Origin: Macrostomum lignano
Taxonomy: Eukaryota
Assembly (NCBI GenBank): GCA_002269645.1
Contig: NIVC01004333.1
Coordinates: 1 to 50,030 of the forward strand
Length of the DNA stretch: 50,030 nucleotides
Direction of reading: 5' to 3'
The notes under the pieces: model-generated
What the model was told of the DNA's origin: nothing
The model's input: only the letters and a program-made list of their open reading frames with translations
Databases searched by the model: none
Translations under genes and position numbers: made by a program
Part shown: one piece after another, positions 35,450 to 48,190 of the stretch
How the letters are laid out: every line of letters starts with the position of its first letter
Position numbering within the stretch: position 1 is the first letter of the stretch

Positions 35450-36339
35450 CGCTCGAATTTGAGACGCTTACAGCCATACTCTAAGTCAAACGTTTTTCCC
35501 GGATTTTTTTAATCAACAAACTAAAAATTGCGGAAAGATTGCAAAGAAACAAAATTAGCTCGTAGCACGTTTCTACGCATTGAATTTGAAGCTGGAATCG
35601 ATTAACAATCGAAGAAATTAAGAAGAGTTCTCACGCTATACTCAGTAGTGTGAACTCCTGCCTTACTTCTGGATGAAAGAGAAGGAGTTTCGCCCTACAG
35701 AAAAGAATTGTCAATAGGTAGATGTTGGTCTGGGCAATTGTCACTGCCATTGTCAGTGCGTTTTCAGCTAGGAAGGGTGAAGTTTTTCTTCAGGAAGCTG
35801 ATTTCTCTCAGCGATTTGCCGATGTAAATGTGGTTAACTATAAAACTTTTTCTTCGCGTCTTCATCACTCAATATATGTAAGTAGGCATCTGTCATTGTA
35901 GGTTTAGCTAATTTCTGAAATACAGTTGCTTCCTTGTAAGCTGACTTAAGTCACAGGCATAAATATCGTTCCGGTTTTGTTAGTCTTGGGTTGGGAGGAA
36001 GTTTAAAACCAATATGTGAAACGTGACTTTTTAACTTCCATTCTTCCATTAGGACCCTACACTGGGAGTTTGCTGTTTGCCACAGGCCAATTCTGTTTAC
36101 CAGTAGCAAATCTTTACAAAGTAAGTCTCTGCCCATGGTAGGTAAAGCGAAACAATACACTGACAGCCATTGGGGTTGTTCTCATTTGGCCTCCGTCTAA
36201 TAGGCAATGTCTAAAATTTTTCGATTGCCTGTTTTGTAGGAAGGTAGGAAGGGGCACTGCTGCGAGTCAATTCAACAGCTGACCCGTAAAAGTTACGCCA
36301 TTTTCCCGATATGCTCATAAAACGCTCACACATGCAGAG

Positions 36340-36770
36340 TGTACAGCGGTGCGGACTTCTCAGTGCCAAGCGTGTGTAGTGCATGCGCCCTTGTCGGTTG
36401 GCAGGGCGCGTTGCACTTTGGGGCTGGCTAGGGGGGGGGGGGTTGGCAGGCGTGGCAGGGTCTGGCTGGCGGCCGGGCTTTGCGCGTGCCCCTCCCCAGC
36501 CGTGTCCCTGCCCCGTGCTCAGGGCTGGTTGGCTGCGGCCGGGCCAGCTTTGGCACGGGTGCGCCCCCCCCCCCTAGGCGGGGTTTTGATTGGCCGGCCG
36601 GCGCGGCCAGTCTATTTTCTTTGGGTAGGTTGGTTGTTTTGTTGGGCTTAGCCGGTAGGGCCGTCTGCCCCAGGGTTTGGGTGCTATTTATGGTGCGACT
36701 CCAGGTTTGCCCACGCCCTGCGTGCTGTTTGTGTTTTGGTGTGCTCCGAGATAGCAAGCGCGAGACTTGA
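36340..36770. other. GC-rich island with inverted ctag(G)n...(C)nctag arms; unknown repeat or regulatory element
   Basis: A G-run at about 36431-36442 and a C-run at about 36563-36573 are each bordered by ctag. The composition resembles 436-670. Confidence 0.35.
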
Positions 36771-37074
36771 CTTGAGTAAGAAACAGCGACATTAGCTACC
36801 TACGATAACAGAAACCCGAGAGCCCAATTGAGAAGTCAGTCTTTGAAAAGAGTCTTTGAGAATTGACAAGAAGTTAGAAGCCGCGCTTGAGACCTACGAG
36901 CCAATCAACAAACGTGCGAACCTGGGCTTGAGACCTACGAGCAATAAACGTACGAACGGCAATTTGGCCACTGGTAAGCCGCCTGCTGCTTGAGTTCATT
37001 CTTTTCTGGGGAGCTTGTTAGGCTGCAGGGAGTTCTAGCCAGAGCGTCATAATGCCGGGAGAGCATATAGCGTA

Positions 37075-37336
37075 TGTAGTACTGTACCGGCTACTCTATA
37101 TAGTGTGTACAACCTACAGTATCGAGACTAGAAGCACTCGAGAGTGCCACCACACCTCGAGCCGCAGCGTGAACTCTGAGTGTCACAACACCAGCGGGAT
37201 CGAATTATTATCACAGAGCGTCGTCACGCCTGCTCGTATCCATAAAAGTACAGACAGAGCGTCACTACGCCTGTATATTACGTTTAATATATATTGTACT
37301 CGGGACTGGGAACCCAAACCGACCCGGGTTACAACA
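37075..37336. mobile_element. Solo LTR (262 bp), probably Ty3/gypsy type
   Basis: It begins TGTAGTA and ends TTACAACA, with a 4-bp TSD cgta at 37071-37074 and 37337-37340. Confidence 0.7.
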
Positions 37337-38030
37337 CGTATATGTAACACTATCTGTGTCTTGGGGCTTGGATACCATGGTCGATCATTGTAAAGGCCTG
37401 GAGCAAATTTTAAACAAAGCAATCTGACGCAAGAGTCAAACCTGGTCTCTGTCTGGATGTCTAAAACTTTGTCTTGCTCAAATAATGTTTTTCTTGCAAA
37501 GCGTCCCAAAGCGTTCCGTTTCTACAGGTGGAAAATGCAATGCATTTCTAGAGAGAGTGAGAGACAATAGGAAAGATTTAGTGAGGGAAAATGTGGAGGA
37601 ATCTCAGGCAGAGAATTGTAGTTGAATGCAAAAACGAGTTGGGGAGGAAGCTGGATTCCGGTGTCCAACTCTTTGTAAGGCAGTGAAGAAAAACGGAAAG
37701 CCACTTCCTATCGTCTTCTGTGGCTAGATGAGTAGAATAATCAATATAAGTAAGAATAGCCTGAGCTATAAGATTAGTTCGGAAAAACACTATTCAAGGG
37801 GAAAACACTAAGAATACTGCACAGCTTCATATACGGATTTCGATAAATATTTTCTCTTCTGAATAACAATGTATAAGGTTTCATTATAGAAAACTTCTTT
37901 AGTAGGTTGAAATCGAAAACATTTATTTCGATCCAACGCTGATTTCAGATTTTTGAACATCTGAACTTTAAACGTAATTTTTATTGCTTTTGGGTCTCTG
38001 ATAGAAAATTAATAAGCAGAAAAAATTATG

Positions 38031-38690
38031 GCGCAAGGCTTGATTTCTTAGAAATGACGCAAGGCTTGATTTCTTAGAAATGACGCAAGGCTTGATTTCT
38101 TAGAAATGACGCAAGGCTTGATTTCTTAGAAATGACGCAAGGCTTGATTTCTTAGAAATGACGCAAGGCTTGATTTCTTAGAAATGCCGCAAGGCTTGAT
38201 TTTCTTAGAAATGACGCAAGGCTTGATTTCATAGAAATGACGCAAGGCTTGATTTTCTTAGAAATGCCGCAGGCTTGATTTCTTAGAAATGACGCAAGGT
38301 TTGATTTCTTAGTAATGACGCAAGGCTTGATTTTCTTAGAAATGACGCAAGGCTTGATTTCTTAGAAATGACGCAAGGCTTGATTTCTTAGAAATGACGC
38401 AAGGCTTGATTTTCTTAGAAATGACGCAAGGCTTGATTTCTTAGAAATGACGCAAGGCTTGATTTTCTTAGAAATGACGCAAGGCTTGATTTTCTTAGAA
38501 ATGACGCAAGGCTTGATTTTCTCAGAAATGACGCAAGGCTTGATTTTCTTAGAAATGCCGCAGGCTTGATTTCTTAGAAATGACGCAAGGTTTGATTTCT
38601 TAGTAATGACGCAAGGCTTGATTTTCTCAGAAATGACGCAAGGCTTGATTTTCTTAGAAATGACGCAAGGCTTGATTTCTTAGAAATGAC
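38031..38690 (+). repeat. 26/27-bp minisatellite gacgcaaggcttgatt(t)tcttagaaat, about 25 units
   Basis: Directly visible. Confidence 0.97.
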
Positions 38691-39031
38691 CTGGAGTATG
38701 CACCACAGATACGAAATACCTATTTAGTATTTAGTATTTGGGGTATGCACTCGCCAAATCAGATTTTTCTAGCGTGGGATTTTATCCTACCGAATTTGTC
38801 TATGGCTAAAACCCCATTCAGCTATATGCGTTCTCTGGAAAGAAAGAATTAAGGTAACTCCTGCTACAATTTTTTTTCGTTGCTGAAATTTTGACAGATT
38901 TCATTGGACCAGCTGCAGTTCCGGCACTAATACTGTACATTTAGGCCTAAAAAACGGCATGTTTGCTTGCCACTGATTTCCAATCAAGTGAATACGTCAT
39001 TCTCCAGCAGTGAACTCATCGAAATTTTGTC

Positions 39032-39770
39032 ATGCCGCACTCAACAGCAATTTTCATATTCTACTGTGCCTTCCTGATCACAGTGACTTGTGGGTTGGCT
39101 CGCTTTACCTACTTGGGTTGCTACATCGACAGGACTGCGTCAAGAGACTTAAACGGGCTCGAAGAAATGAGCTCAATTGGAGACTTCACCGTCTTATCAG
39201 GCGGATTAGTAAACACTGGGGGTGAAGCTTCGCACGAGTTCTGCGGCGCCATCTGCTCTCTGGGAAGCTTTCCGTACTTCGGACTCCAGAATAGGATAGA
39301 GTGCTTCTGCAGTCACTCTTATGGACACTACGGCAAAGCCAGTGAAAGTGACTGCAGCCACATGTGCAGAGGAAACTCTCTGCAGAAGTGCGGAGGGTCC
39401 AAGAGAAACTCGGTGTTCGCTCTGAGAACTGGTGAGTTACTTGTGTTTAGAGATATCACGGGTTCCATGCTGCTATAGGCTTTGTTTTTCTTAAAAGATG
39501 ACAAAATCGCGTCGTATCTACAATAAATTTTCAGATAAAAACACGTACGTGGTAGCGCAGCAGTCCGAGCCCACGATAACATCTTCAAAGACATCTGTCT
39601 GGCCCACCGCTGCCCATTCTGACGCTGACTGCCTGCTCCAGTGCAGCGCCAGAGCCGACTGCCAGGCCGCCGTTTTCTCCAAGCGGCTGCTCGCCTGCCA
39701 CCTGCTGGCGTTCGCTTACCCACCAGCCAGCCTGACCGGACCCGACTGGACTCTCTACCAGCGTGGCTAA
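39032..39770 (+). CDS. Secreted WSC-PAN/Apple protein, copy 4 (211 aa); join(39032..39431, 39535..39770)
   Basis: Signal peptide, WSC cysteines, a gtgagt...tttcag phase-1 intron and a PAN exon. Confidence 0.87.
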
Positions 39771-40335
39771 ACGCGGGACACTGCATGGAAACTGGATGGC
39801 AGCAGATGATGCAAGTACTGTCAATCCTTGAAAAATTGAATTCTGGAAAATAATATTTTCACCTTTTTTGATTGAGAAATCTAAGACATGATTCAATGTA
39901 TTGGCGAAATATGAAAATCTTAGTAGATAGCATTCTGACTAATCTAGTGCCTTTTAGGCAGCTCTATCATTTTTCTACATACTTAACTGGTCAGTTGCAT
40001 ATGTTGTGAGTCGGTTTTGGCTGACGTTGAGACTTGAACGTGTCTCGATATCGTTTGCTGTCATTTTTGTTTTCTCCTCTGTTATTACCCTCTGACGGGC
40101 CCTCTCTTCGTCCTGCCGTGGTTTTGTTAGTGTAAAGTAGCACTCTAACTTTCTATCGTTATTATTACTCGCTGCCCCTGACTTGCACTTGAAGAAATCA
40201 AGAAAATGGTAGCCTGCGAGCTACGCATTATGTTCAATGGGTGATCCGGAATTGAAGTCTTATTGACAGTGCTCAGTACAAAGTGGTTGACTTGCACCAT
40301 AGTAAGCTAAGATACTTTTTTACCCGGCCTTTGTT

Positions 40336-40337
<2 letters not shown>

Positions 40338-40376
<39 letters not shown>
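40338..40376 (+). repeat. (CAAT)n microsatellite
   Basis: Directly visible. Confidence 0.95.
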
Positions 40377-40600
40377 CGTAATTAAGTTTGAATTGACGTA
40401 AATATATCTATCTCCCTGACTGGGTGTTCATTCCGCCGCTGACCTTCGACTCTTTTCTTTTCAAGATAGCCAAGCCCGTGGACAACTAGAAGCTGACGTA
40501 AATTATGTTTACTTAGTAACTTATTGCCCGTACCGTGAGCAGAGCCGAACTTCTGGCGTACCCGATCGAAAAATTATTGGATTAATTCAAAAATGCCTCA

Positions 40601-41552
40601 GCAACAGGGGCTTTAGCACCTAGGTCTTTAGCAACAGGGGCTTTAGCGCCAGGGACCTTAGCAACAGGGGCTTTAGTGCCAGGGACCTTAGCAACAGGGG
40701 CTTTAGCGTCAGGGTATTTAGAAACAGGGGCTTTAGCGCCAGGGTCTTTAGAAACAGGGGCTTTAGCGCCAGGGTCTTTAGAAACAGGGGCTTTAGCGCC
40801 AGGGTCTTTAGAAACAGGGGCTTTAGCGCCAGGTTCTTTAGTACCAGGGGCTTTAGCGCCAGGGTCTTTAGAAACAGGGGCTTTAGCGCCAGGATCTTTA
40901 GCAACAGGGTTTTAGCGCCAGGATCTTTGGCAACAGGGGCTTTAGCGCCAGGATCTTTAGAAACAGGGGCTTTAGCGCCAGGTTCTTTAGTACCAGGGGC
41001 TTTAGCGTCAGGGTCTTTAGAAACAGGGGCTTTAGCGCCAGGATCTTTAGCAACAGGGTTTTAGCGCCAGGATCTTTGGCAACAGGGGCTTTAGCGCCAG
41101 GATCTTTATCAATGGGGCTTTGGCGCCAGAGTCTTTAGCAACAGGGGCTTTAGCGCCAGGGTCTTTAGAAACAGGGGCTTTAGCGCCAGGGTCTTTAGCA
41201 GAAGGGGCTTTAGCGCCAGGATCTTTGGCAACGGGGTTTTAGCGCCAGGATCTTTGGCAACAGTGGCTTTAGCGCCAGGATCTTTATCAACGGGGCTTTA
41301 GCGTCAGGATCTTTAGTACCAGGGGCTTTAGCGTCAGGGTCTTTAGCAACAGGGGCTTTAGCGCCAGGTCTTAACAACAGGGGCTTTAGCGCCAGGGTCT
41401 TTAGAAACAGGGGCTTCAGCGCCAGGGTTTTTAGCAAAAGGGGCTTTAGCGTCAGGATCTTTAGCAACGGGGCTTTAGCGTCGGGATCTTTAGTACCAGG
41501 GGCTTTAGCAACAGGGTCTTTAGCAACAGGGACTTTAGCAACAGGGTCTTTA
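40601..41552 (+). repeat. 30-bp minisatellite built from two 15-bp halves (gcaacaggggcttta / gcgccagggtcttta)
   Basis: Directly visible, about 60 half-units. Confidence 0.95.
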
Positions 41553-41866
41553 CAGTGGGAGTTGGTTTCTTGAATAAGCATTTCGAGAAAGCAAACATTA
41601 AATGAGAATTGTTTTTTATTTGCTGGCATCTAAATTAGAGTCTGGGAGCAGCTGGCTGCTCAGAAAATATCATCAAGTAAAGTTAAAATTACTCTTAGAA
41701 GCTACATAAGCTACTGGAACTAATGCATTGCGCTCATTAGTGCACTGGTTTTTATCCAACCAGATCATTTTTAAAAATCGGTATAAAAGCAAGCACTGCA
41801 GTTTTCATCTCTTCCTACGCTCCTATGAGCAACAGGAGAACTGAAATCCCATCTACCCAAGTAACT

Positions 41867-42585
41867 ATGCTCAAAACAATCGTCTGCATTGTGGGTCTCG
41901 CCGTCCCAGTGCTTTGTGCTGCCCGTAGGGTAACTCAGGTGTCCTACATTGGCTGCTTTGTGGACAACGGAGGCCGAGACCTGAGAGGACTCACCGGAGT
42001 AAGCAGAATCGGGCATTTCAACACCGGCCGCCTCATGCTGAGCAGTGCTAATATGACGCACGAGCTCTGCAGCAGCCTCTGCTCTCTGGGCGGCTTCCCG
42101 TACTTCGGTGTGCAAATCGGTAGAGAGTGCTTCTGCGGCACCTCCTACGGATCTCTGGGAGCTGCTAGCGAGAGCGACTGCAACCGCGTCTGCGCTGGAA
42201 ACGGAGCTTCTAAATGCGGTGGCACGTGGCGCAACTCTGTGTTTGCTTTGACCTATCCAAGTGAGTCTGCCTTCTTCATTACGACATTTTGTTGGGCTTT
42301 TCAAACCAAAGTTCGGCCAATTTTGTAAAATCTTATGTACATTTTGTAGATAGTAAGTATTTTGAGCCGTCGCAGAGGCCCAACCAGACGGTGGAGTCCA
42401 CCCAGAGCACTTATTGGACCAGCGCTACCCGATCCGACGTCGAGTGCATGGGGCTGTGCGAGGCCTCAGCTGACTGCCAGGCTGTGATTTACTCTGGCCA
42501 GCAGCGCCTGTGCCACTTGCTGAGATTCGCCTACCCGCCTGCCAGTCTGAGCAGCACCGATGGAGACTTCTTTGAGCGCGGCTGA
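41867..42585 (+). CDS. Secreted WSC-PAN/Apple protein, copy 5 (209 aa); join(41867..42260, 42350..42585)
   Basis: Signal peptide MLKTIVCIVGLAVPVLCA, a WSC domain, an 89-nt phase-1 intron and a divergent PAN exon. Confidence 0.87.
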
Positions 42586-44181
42586 GCTCGCTTTGAAACA
42601 GTCTCGTTTTCGATCAATCTAACATTCCAAAGCGCCACTAGTCCCTTTCAGCTTGCTTGAGTTTTTCACCAACCAATACGGAAACACACCACTCGACAAG
42701 AGTCAGGTGGAAAATGCTTTTTGGCGTTCTGTGTTTGATCAGTGCATATTTAAGTAAAACGGCGTTTGTTGGATCCAAAGCTTCTACAGAGTCAGTTTCT
42801 GCATATTTTACCTAAAATAATTGTTAATTAATTAACCGGTGGACTTTCCAGTGTGCTGTTTTGTTTGCCTGTGCCCATCTACGTTGGGATTTTTCAAAAA
42901 TTAAATATTGACCAATTTTCTAACTGCATAAGATATGCTTAGGGGTGTAAGTAGAGGTCAATTCCAGTTAATTAGTGTGGTTGGTCCCTGGCCCCGGTGG
43001 TTGTTTTTCTTCCAGCCTGACAGACGAAACACCGGCCCATTTAATTTCACTAGGAATTTTTTGTTCCTCCGAAAGCCGGGTTCAACAAGTGCGCCCTAGA
43101 ACATGGAGGACTATATTTAAGCACCTAGGAGAATCTAGGAGTCCATGCCTCGAAACAATAATTTCACTGCTGTTAAATTCGAACGTCAGTTAGGTAATCG
43201 ATTTCACTCAATTCAGCTTTTAATTCGAATCAATTGAGAAATGCTCAATTGAATTATTTTATAACAATAATCTAGTAACATGGATACTTGACTCTGGAAT
43301 TGAGAATTGCTTTGAATTGTGAAGTAGTGCTTTAGAGTTTTCTGCTGTCAATCAGTTTCCGGAGTGTAATCAGCAGTGAGCAGCCTTCTTAAGATCGTGA
43401 GACTTAAGCATCAAAAGCATCACCTCTTTGCAGTTTGTCAACTAACCTTTGTTTAAATAGGTTGTCAAAGAGTAGCTCGAAAATTCTGTTTCTCGAAGCA
43501 AGCTGCAGCTAAAAAACATTTGCAGGATAGCCGTGGACATTCTGGCGCAGCGCCTTCGGAGACATTGTCCCGCAAGCTGCTCTGACGACAATTCTGCTCA
43601 TTCCGCTGTCTCCTGAGCGCTTACAAACGCATCAATACTGTACGCAGACACGCACTCATACTCACGCTCACACAAGGTGTACAAGCGGCCCCGACCTTCC
43701 TATCGTTGGTGTGAATCGCACGACCAACCTGTCTCGCACGACAGTCACCGAAGTTCAGAGGTTTTTGCTGTCTCAGAGACAGACGTCAGGAGCTGAGCTG
43801 AAAGTGGGAAGACCTTGAAATTTGAAATTGGAAAAAAGAGAAAATCCCATTTCATTGATTGCCGCCTCAATCGATTCACTTACTTGACTCGATAGACTGC
43901 AGCTACAGATAAATAGCTGAGTCAATGGAAGAACTCCCTGGTCTGTGGAGTAGTAAAATATTTTGATTTTACTTTTTTATTTTTTATTTTTTTATTTTTA
44001 GAAAACCATTTCTTGTTTAGACTACTATAGGTAATGTAATTTTTAGTGATGAAAATGGAGCCTTGATGGACCAAGTTGAATGAGTATATTTACCTGTCTG
44101 ACTGCCTTCATTTCATTTGTTCAATTTTGTGCTCAGTTTTGGTAGGCGCAAAGAGGAAAAGCCACAGTAACATGAACATCA

Positions 44182-44314
44182 CCTATTGACAAATTTCCAT
44201 AGACAATTGCCTACAGACAAATACTCATAGACAAAGGCCTATGGACAAATAAATACCCATGGACAAATTTCCATAGACAATTGCATAAAGACAAATACCC
44301 ATAGACAAATTTCC
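44182..44314 (+). repeat. Degenerate 14-bp tandem repeat (ccatagacaaatt-like)
   Basis: About 9 units visible. Confidence 0.8.
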
Positions 44315-44430
44315 ACTGCTTCCGCACAAAACTTGTCTTAGAGATGCAAAAGAAGCAATTGTTCACGTACTCATGGGTTCTTTTTGCTTAAATTTCAAGG
44401 ACATACGATGACTACAACAGTCATATTTTA

Positions 44431-44791
44431 CAGGGGCATCACAAACCCCCCTGTGATTTACAACTCCAGGGGGAGTTGTTGTTGAAAATTTACAACTCCG
44501 AAAAGCGCTTTTCATCATAAACCCAAAATATTATTAACTAATAGCAACTAACTAATAACTAATAGCAAAAACAAATAGCAACGCACATCATAAACTCTAA
44601 ATATCACAAACCCGAAATATCATAACTCCGAAAGTTCAAGCAATGCCCAATACTATTTTGGTTTTCAGAGTTATGGTATTTTGGGTTTGTGATGGGCCCT
44701 GCTAGTAATTTTGGAGTTATATTTCGAGTTTGCGATATTTCGGGTTAGTGATATTTCGGGTTAGTGATATTTCGGTTTATGATGGCGACCC
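44431..44791. mobile_element. MITE/foldback-like element with 16-bp subterminal repeats
   Basis: TA|caggggcatcacaaaccc at 44431 matches the reverse complement of gggtttgtgatgggccctg at 44683-44701. Repeated aatatcacaaacccgaa and ttcgggttagtgatat units are in inverted orientation. An extra terminus-like block extends to 44791. Confidence 0.55.
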
Positions 44792-44897
44792 ATTTACAGA
44801 TCACTTTTCATGAGTAACCCGATATAATTATGCACTTGTCTATACGCTCGTAGATGTAACTCTACGATTAGGATTATGGTTTAGGTTAGAGTTCACA

Positions 44898-45180
44898 GCG
44901 GCGCATTCACCGAAGACACGCTCACCTACCTCGGCCCAAACCCGAACCTCTTCTGCCAGCTAGTCCGCTACCTAAGGGCTACCGGGCGAGTGACAATCCA
45001 CTTCTTGGACTCGCCGGAGGAGGACCGCGCTGCGAACACCGGCACTACCGGATCTCCCTGCGCGACACCGCAGCACCAGCTGCCCGTGGTCGCCAGGGGT
45101 AAGCGGAATGTGCGGCAGCGCCTCCTCGCTGCATCCGGATGCCCGAACCCCCTGCAGCTGACTCAATTAAGTCAAGTCAA
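44898..45180 (+). mobile_element. Short 3' fragment of the same LINE family
   Basis: Homologous to 22531-22982 and 47625-48190, with a ttaagtcaagtcaa tail and an internal deletion. Confidence 0.85.
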
Positions 45181-46381
45181 AGAATCCTCAGACGTCACCC
45201 AGGTCAAATCCATTTGTTTGTCTTTAATGCGAAACGTTTAGTGTCATGCATCCAATCTCTTCATTTACGAGGGTACACAGAATAGATAGGCGAGTTTCAG
45301 AGTACTTTCTCACGCAATCTAGCATGTGCAACCATATCCGTATAATCCCAGCTACATTTTACAGCGTCATGATGTCTCTAAAACTCACTTAAACGTGTAT
45401 TCTTTTGATACTACAAATAAAATCCGACAACTGATATAGATCAAGTAACTGACGCGTTTTGACCAAGTTGACCTTTGGCTTAAATACACATGTAAAGTCA
45501 ACTAACTACAGTAACTACAATGAATGACCTATTGAACCTCACCACTACAGGTAAAAAACAGTCTCATACAGAAGCACCCTCATAGCGGTGAAGCAGTCCG
45601 ATTGTTGAGTGACTTCAGTGACGCCTTGAAGAACTTCAGTCCGGCCTACCGCTGCCGCATCATACATTATAGGCCAGATTGCTACAGCGTTCAATACTTC
45701 TTTGATGCTTTTGGCTCCCCGTGCTAAAATGTTGTTAGATTTCCATTAGGCTGTGTAAGTTTAAGAGGTTGTTTTCGGTCAATAAAGTGATGGCATGTCT
45801 CCCACAGCATTTACTGGGGTGGGACATGCTTCTCTGTGTCCCATCGGCGACTTCAAAGTCTGAATACTCGAGGTCCATTTTATACTAATCTTGCAAATCA
45901 AGCGACCTTTCATTCAAATTTGCTTTTAGGCGAATCGGGGATCGTACAACATTATTTATTTCAGCACATCAGTTAAATGTGATGACTGCCACACTCAATA
46001 TTCATTAGCATCAGGTCCCGGCAACTTAGAAATATTGACACACGTGTGAAGCAAGCATTCGAGCTGATAGAGTGGGTTGCACAAGTCTGGCTTTTAGGCC
46101 TCTCAACTACAAATATACAGCAGATATTTTAATCAGTCTTTCATTAGCATATACGTCAGGTTGAGTTGATTGGAACTATTTGCTTTTCATTATCGGAATT
46201 TTCTATCCATCCATCGCCTTTCACAAACTCAGCCAGTTAGCTTGAATTGTTTACCGTGTCCTGCACTTCACTCATTCGGCTTTTGGGGATAAATTCGCTT
46301 GATCATAGCCGAGCTGATTTGACAGAAGCTTTTCCGGAAAAACAGCACAAAACTCAGCGCTGCTGCTTGTCACTGGAGACC

Positions 46382-47116
46382 ATGAAGGCATTGAGAAACT
46401 GGCAACTGATCTTTGTGGCACTGTTCCTGAGCCTCTTGCTTCTGGGCGCTACTGGGAGACTCGCCCGTTTTGAGTATCGCGGATGCTACGTGGACGCGAC
46501 GAACGATACTAGGGACCTTCACGGACTGCGGGGAGTGCAGAGCCTGGCCGAGTTCTCCATGCTCTCCATTGGCTGCGTCTCCTTGATGTCCATGACGCTG
46601 GAGCTGTGCAGCCGCATCTGCTCTCTGGGCGGCTTCCCGTACTTCGGCCTGCAGTACGGCAAGGAGTGCTACTGCGGGCTGTCGTACGGCTCCCAAGGAG
46701 CGGCCAACCAAGCCGAATGCAACATGACCTGCGCCGGTCAACCAAGCGAGATCTGCGGCAGTCGAAATCGAAACTCTGTCTACTCTCAGACGTATTTGTG
46801 TGAGTGACTCTTTATTTTTTTAAATACTACCAGAACACTGCACAAAAGTCATGGCTCCTATCAATTTTCAGCAATGAAAAGCTTCAACATCCCTGTGGAT
46901 CGCGCCAGCTTCACTGTCGGAGATTCTTTCCCCCGACAAGCTTACCGCAGCATCAAATCTGAGCAGCTGGTCACCTGCCTGATTGAGTGCACCTCAACCG
47001 ACGAATGTCAGGCTGTGGTGTTCTCGCAGCATCAGCGCCTGTGCTACCTGCTGCCGTTCGCTGGAGTGCCGCCATCTCTGGCGAACGTGACTGGGGAGTT
47101 CTTCCCCCGCGCCTGA
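46382..47116 (+). CDS. Secreted WSC-PAN/Apple protein, copy 6 (220 aa); join(46382..46799, 46872..47116)
   Basis: Signal peptide, a WSC domain, a 72-nt gtgagt...tttcag phase-1 intron and the most divergent PAN exon (TCLIECTSTDECQAVVFSQHQRLCYLL). Confidence 0.87.
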
Positions 47117-47624
47117 TGGCCTCGACATGTTAGAGTTTTGAGCTGGAGTTTTAGACATTCGAACTAACTTTGGACAATCATTTTGCTAAAATAAACTCTG
47201 AGTTACTAAGTGCATGGCATCACAGGATCTTGAAAATGAAACCTATTTGAAGTATGATCAACACATACTACTTTAGCAGTCACAGTAGCAATGGTCGTTG
47301 TTAGTCAGTAGTCAGTTCATTGCTCTGCTATCAAACGATCCGGATGATTAATAATGAGAACAAAGATCACTGAAAGTGGGTATATAATCAAAGTTTATGA
47401 ATTTAAGAAATTTTATGTTGTGTTTTTCGTTATTTTACGCTCGCATTTAAGGCACTACGCATAGTTAGCAGTGTCTTTTTAAAATCTAGGCTAATTATAA
47501 GCTTGCTCGCGCCTAACTCAACGTCCTGTTTATGAGTTCGTTCTAAGCTGAAGCTTGGATGTAGTTTGGCCCTGCCACCAGTTCCTTCAGGTCTGTTGTG
47601 CCTGTGGAAGTTCGCACATCGTGC

Positions 47625-48190
47625 AGTTATCGGATGCAGCGAGGAGACGTTACGCGTCCATTTCGCTAACCCCTGCGACCACGGGGAGCTGGTGCTGCGG
47701 TGTCGCGCAGGGAGATCCGGTGGTGCCGGTGTCCGCAGCGCGGTCCCCCTTCGGAGAGTCCAGGAGATGAATAGTCGCTCGTCCGGTAGCCCTTAGGTAG
47801 CGGACGAGCTGGCAGAGATTGTCGGGCCTGAAAACGTCGGAGAGGTCCGGGTTTGGGCCGAGGTAGGTGAGCCTGTCCTGAGTAAAGGCGGGCATTCTCA
47901 GGTTAAGTGCTCCGCATTCACCGGAGAGGCACCGCAGAGGCAGAAGGGGAATTTCTCGCTACGGATTTTCCCCTTGAGGTAACGATGCCTAGCAAAACAT
48001 CCATGACCCGAGAGGGCCATGGTCACCACCCTGATGTCCCTGCGGTTGAGTCCAAGCAGGGCCTTGCGCATGGCGATGAAGGACAGGGAAAAGCCGCGCG
48101 GAATTGCCGGCAGTCGGCGCGTTAGTAGTCTACCTCTCCCTGTGCTTTGAAGCCACACCACGTGGTTGATCCGAGTGGTGACAATGGCGT
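47625..48190 (-). mobile_element. 3' fragment of the same LINE family (degenerate)
   Basis: [29 protein letters not shown]...[17 protein letters not shown], with a stop or frameshift. No tail was seen. Confidence 0.88.

Noticed and set aside
38031-38690. CRISPR-like array
   Set aside because: The units are head-to-tail with no unique spacers, the context is eukaryotic, and there are no cas genes.
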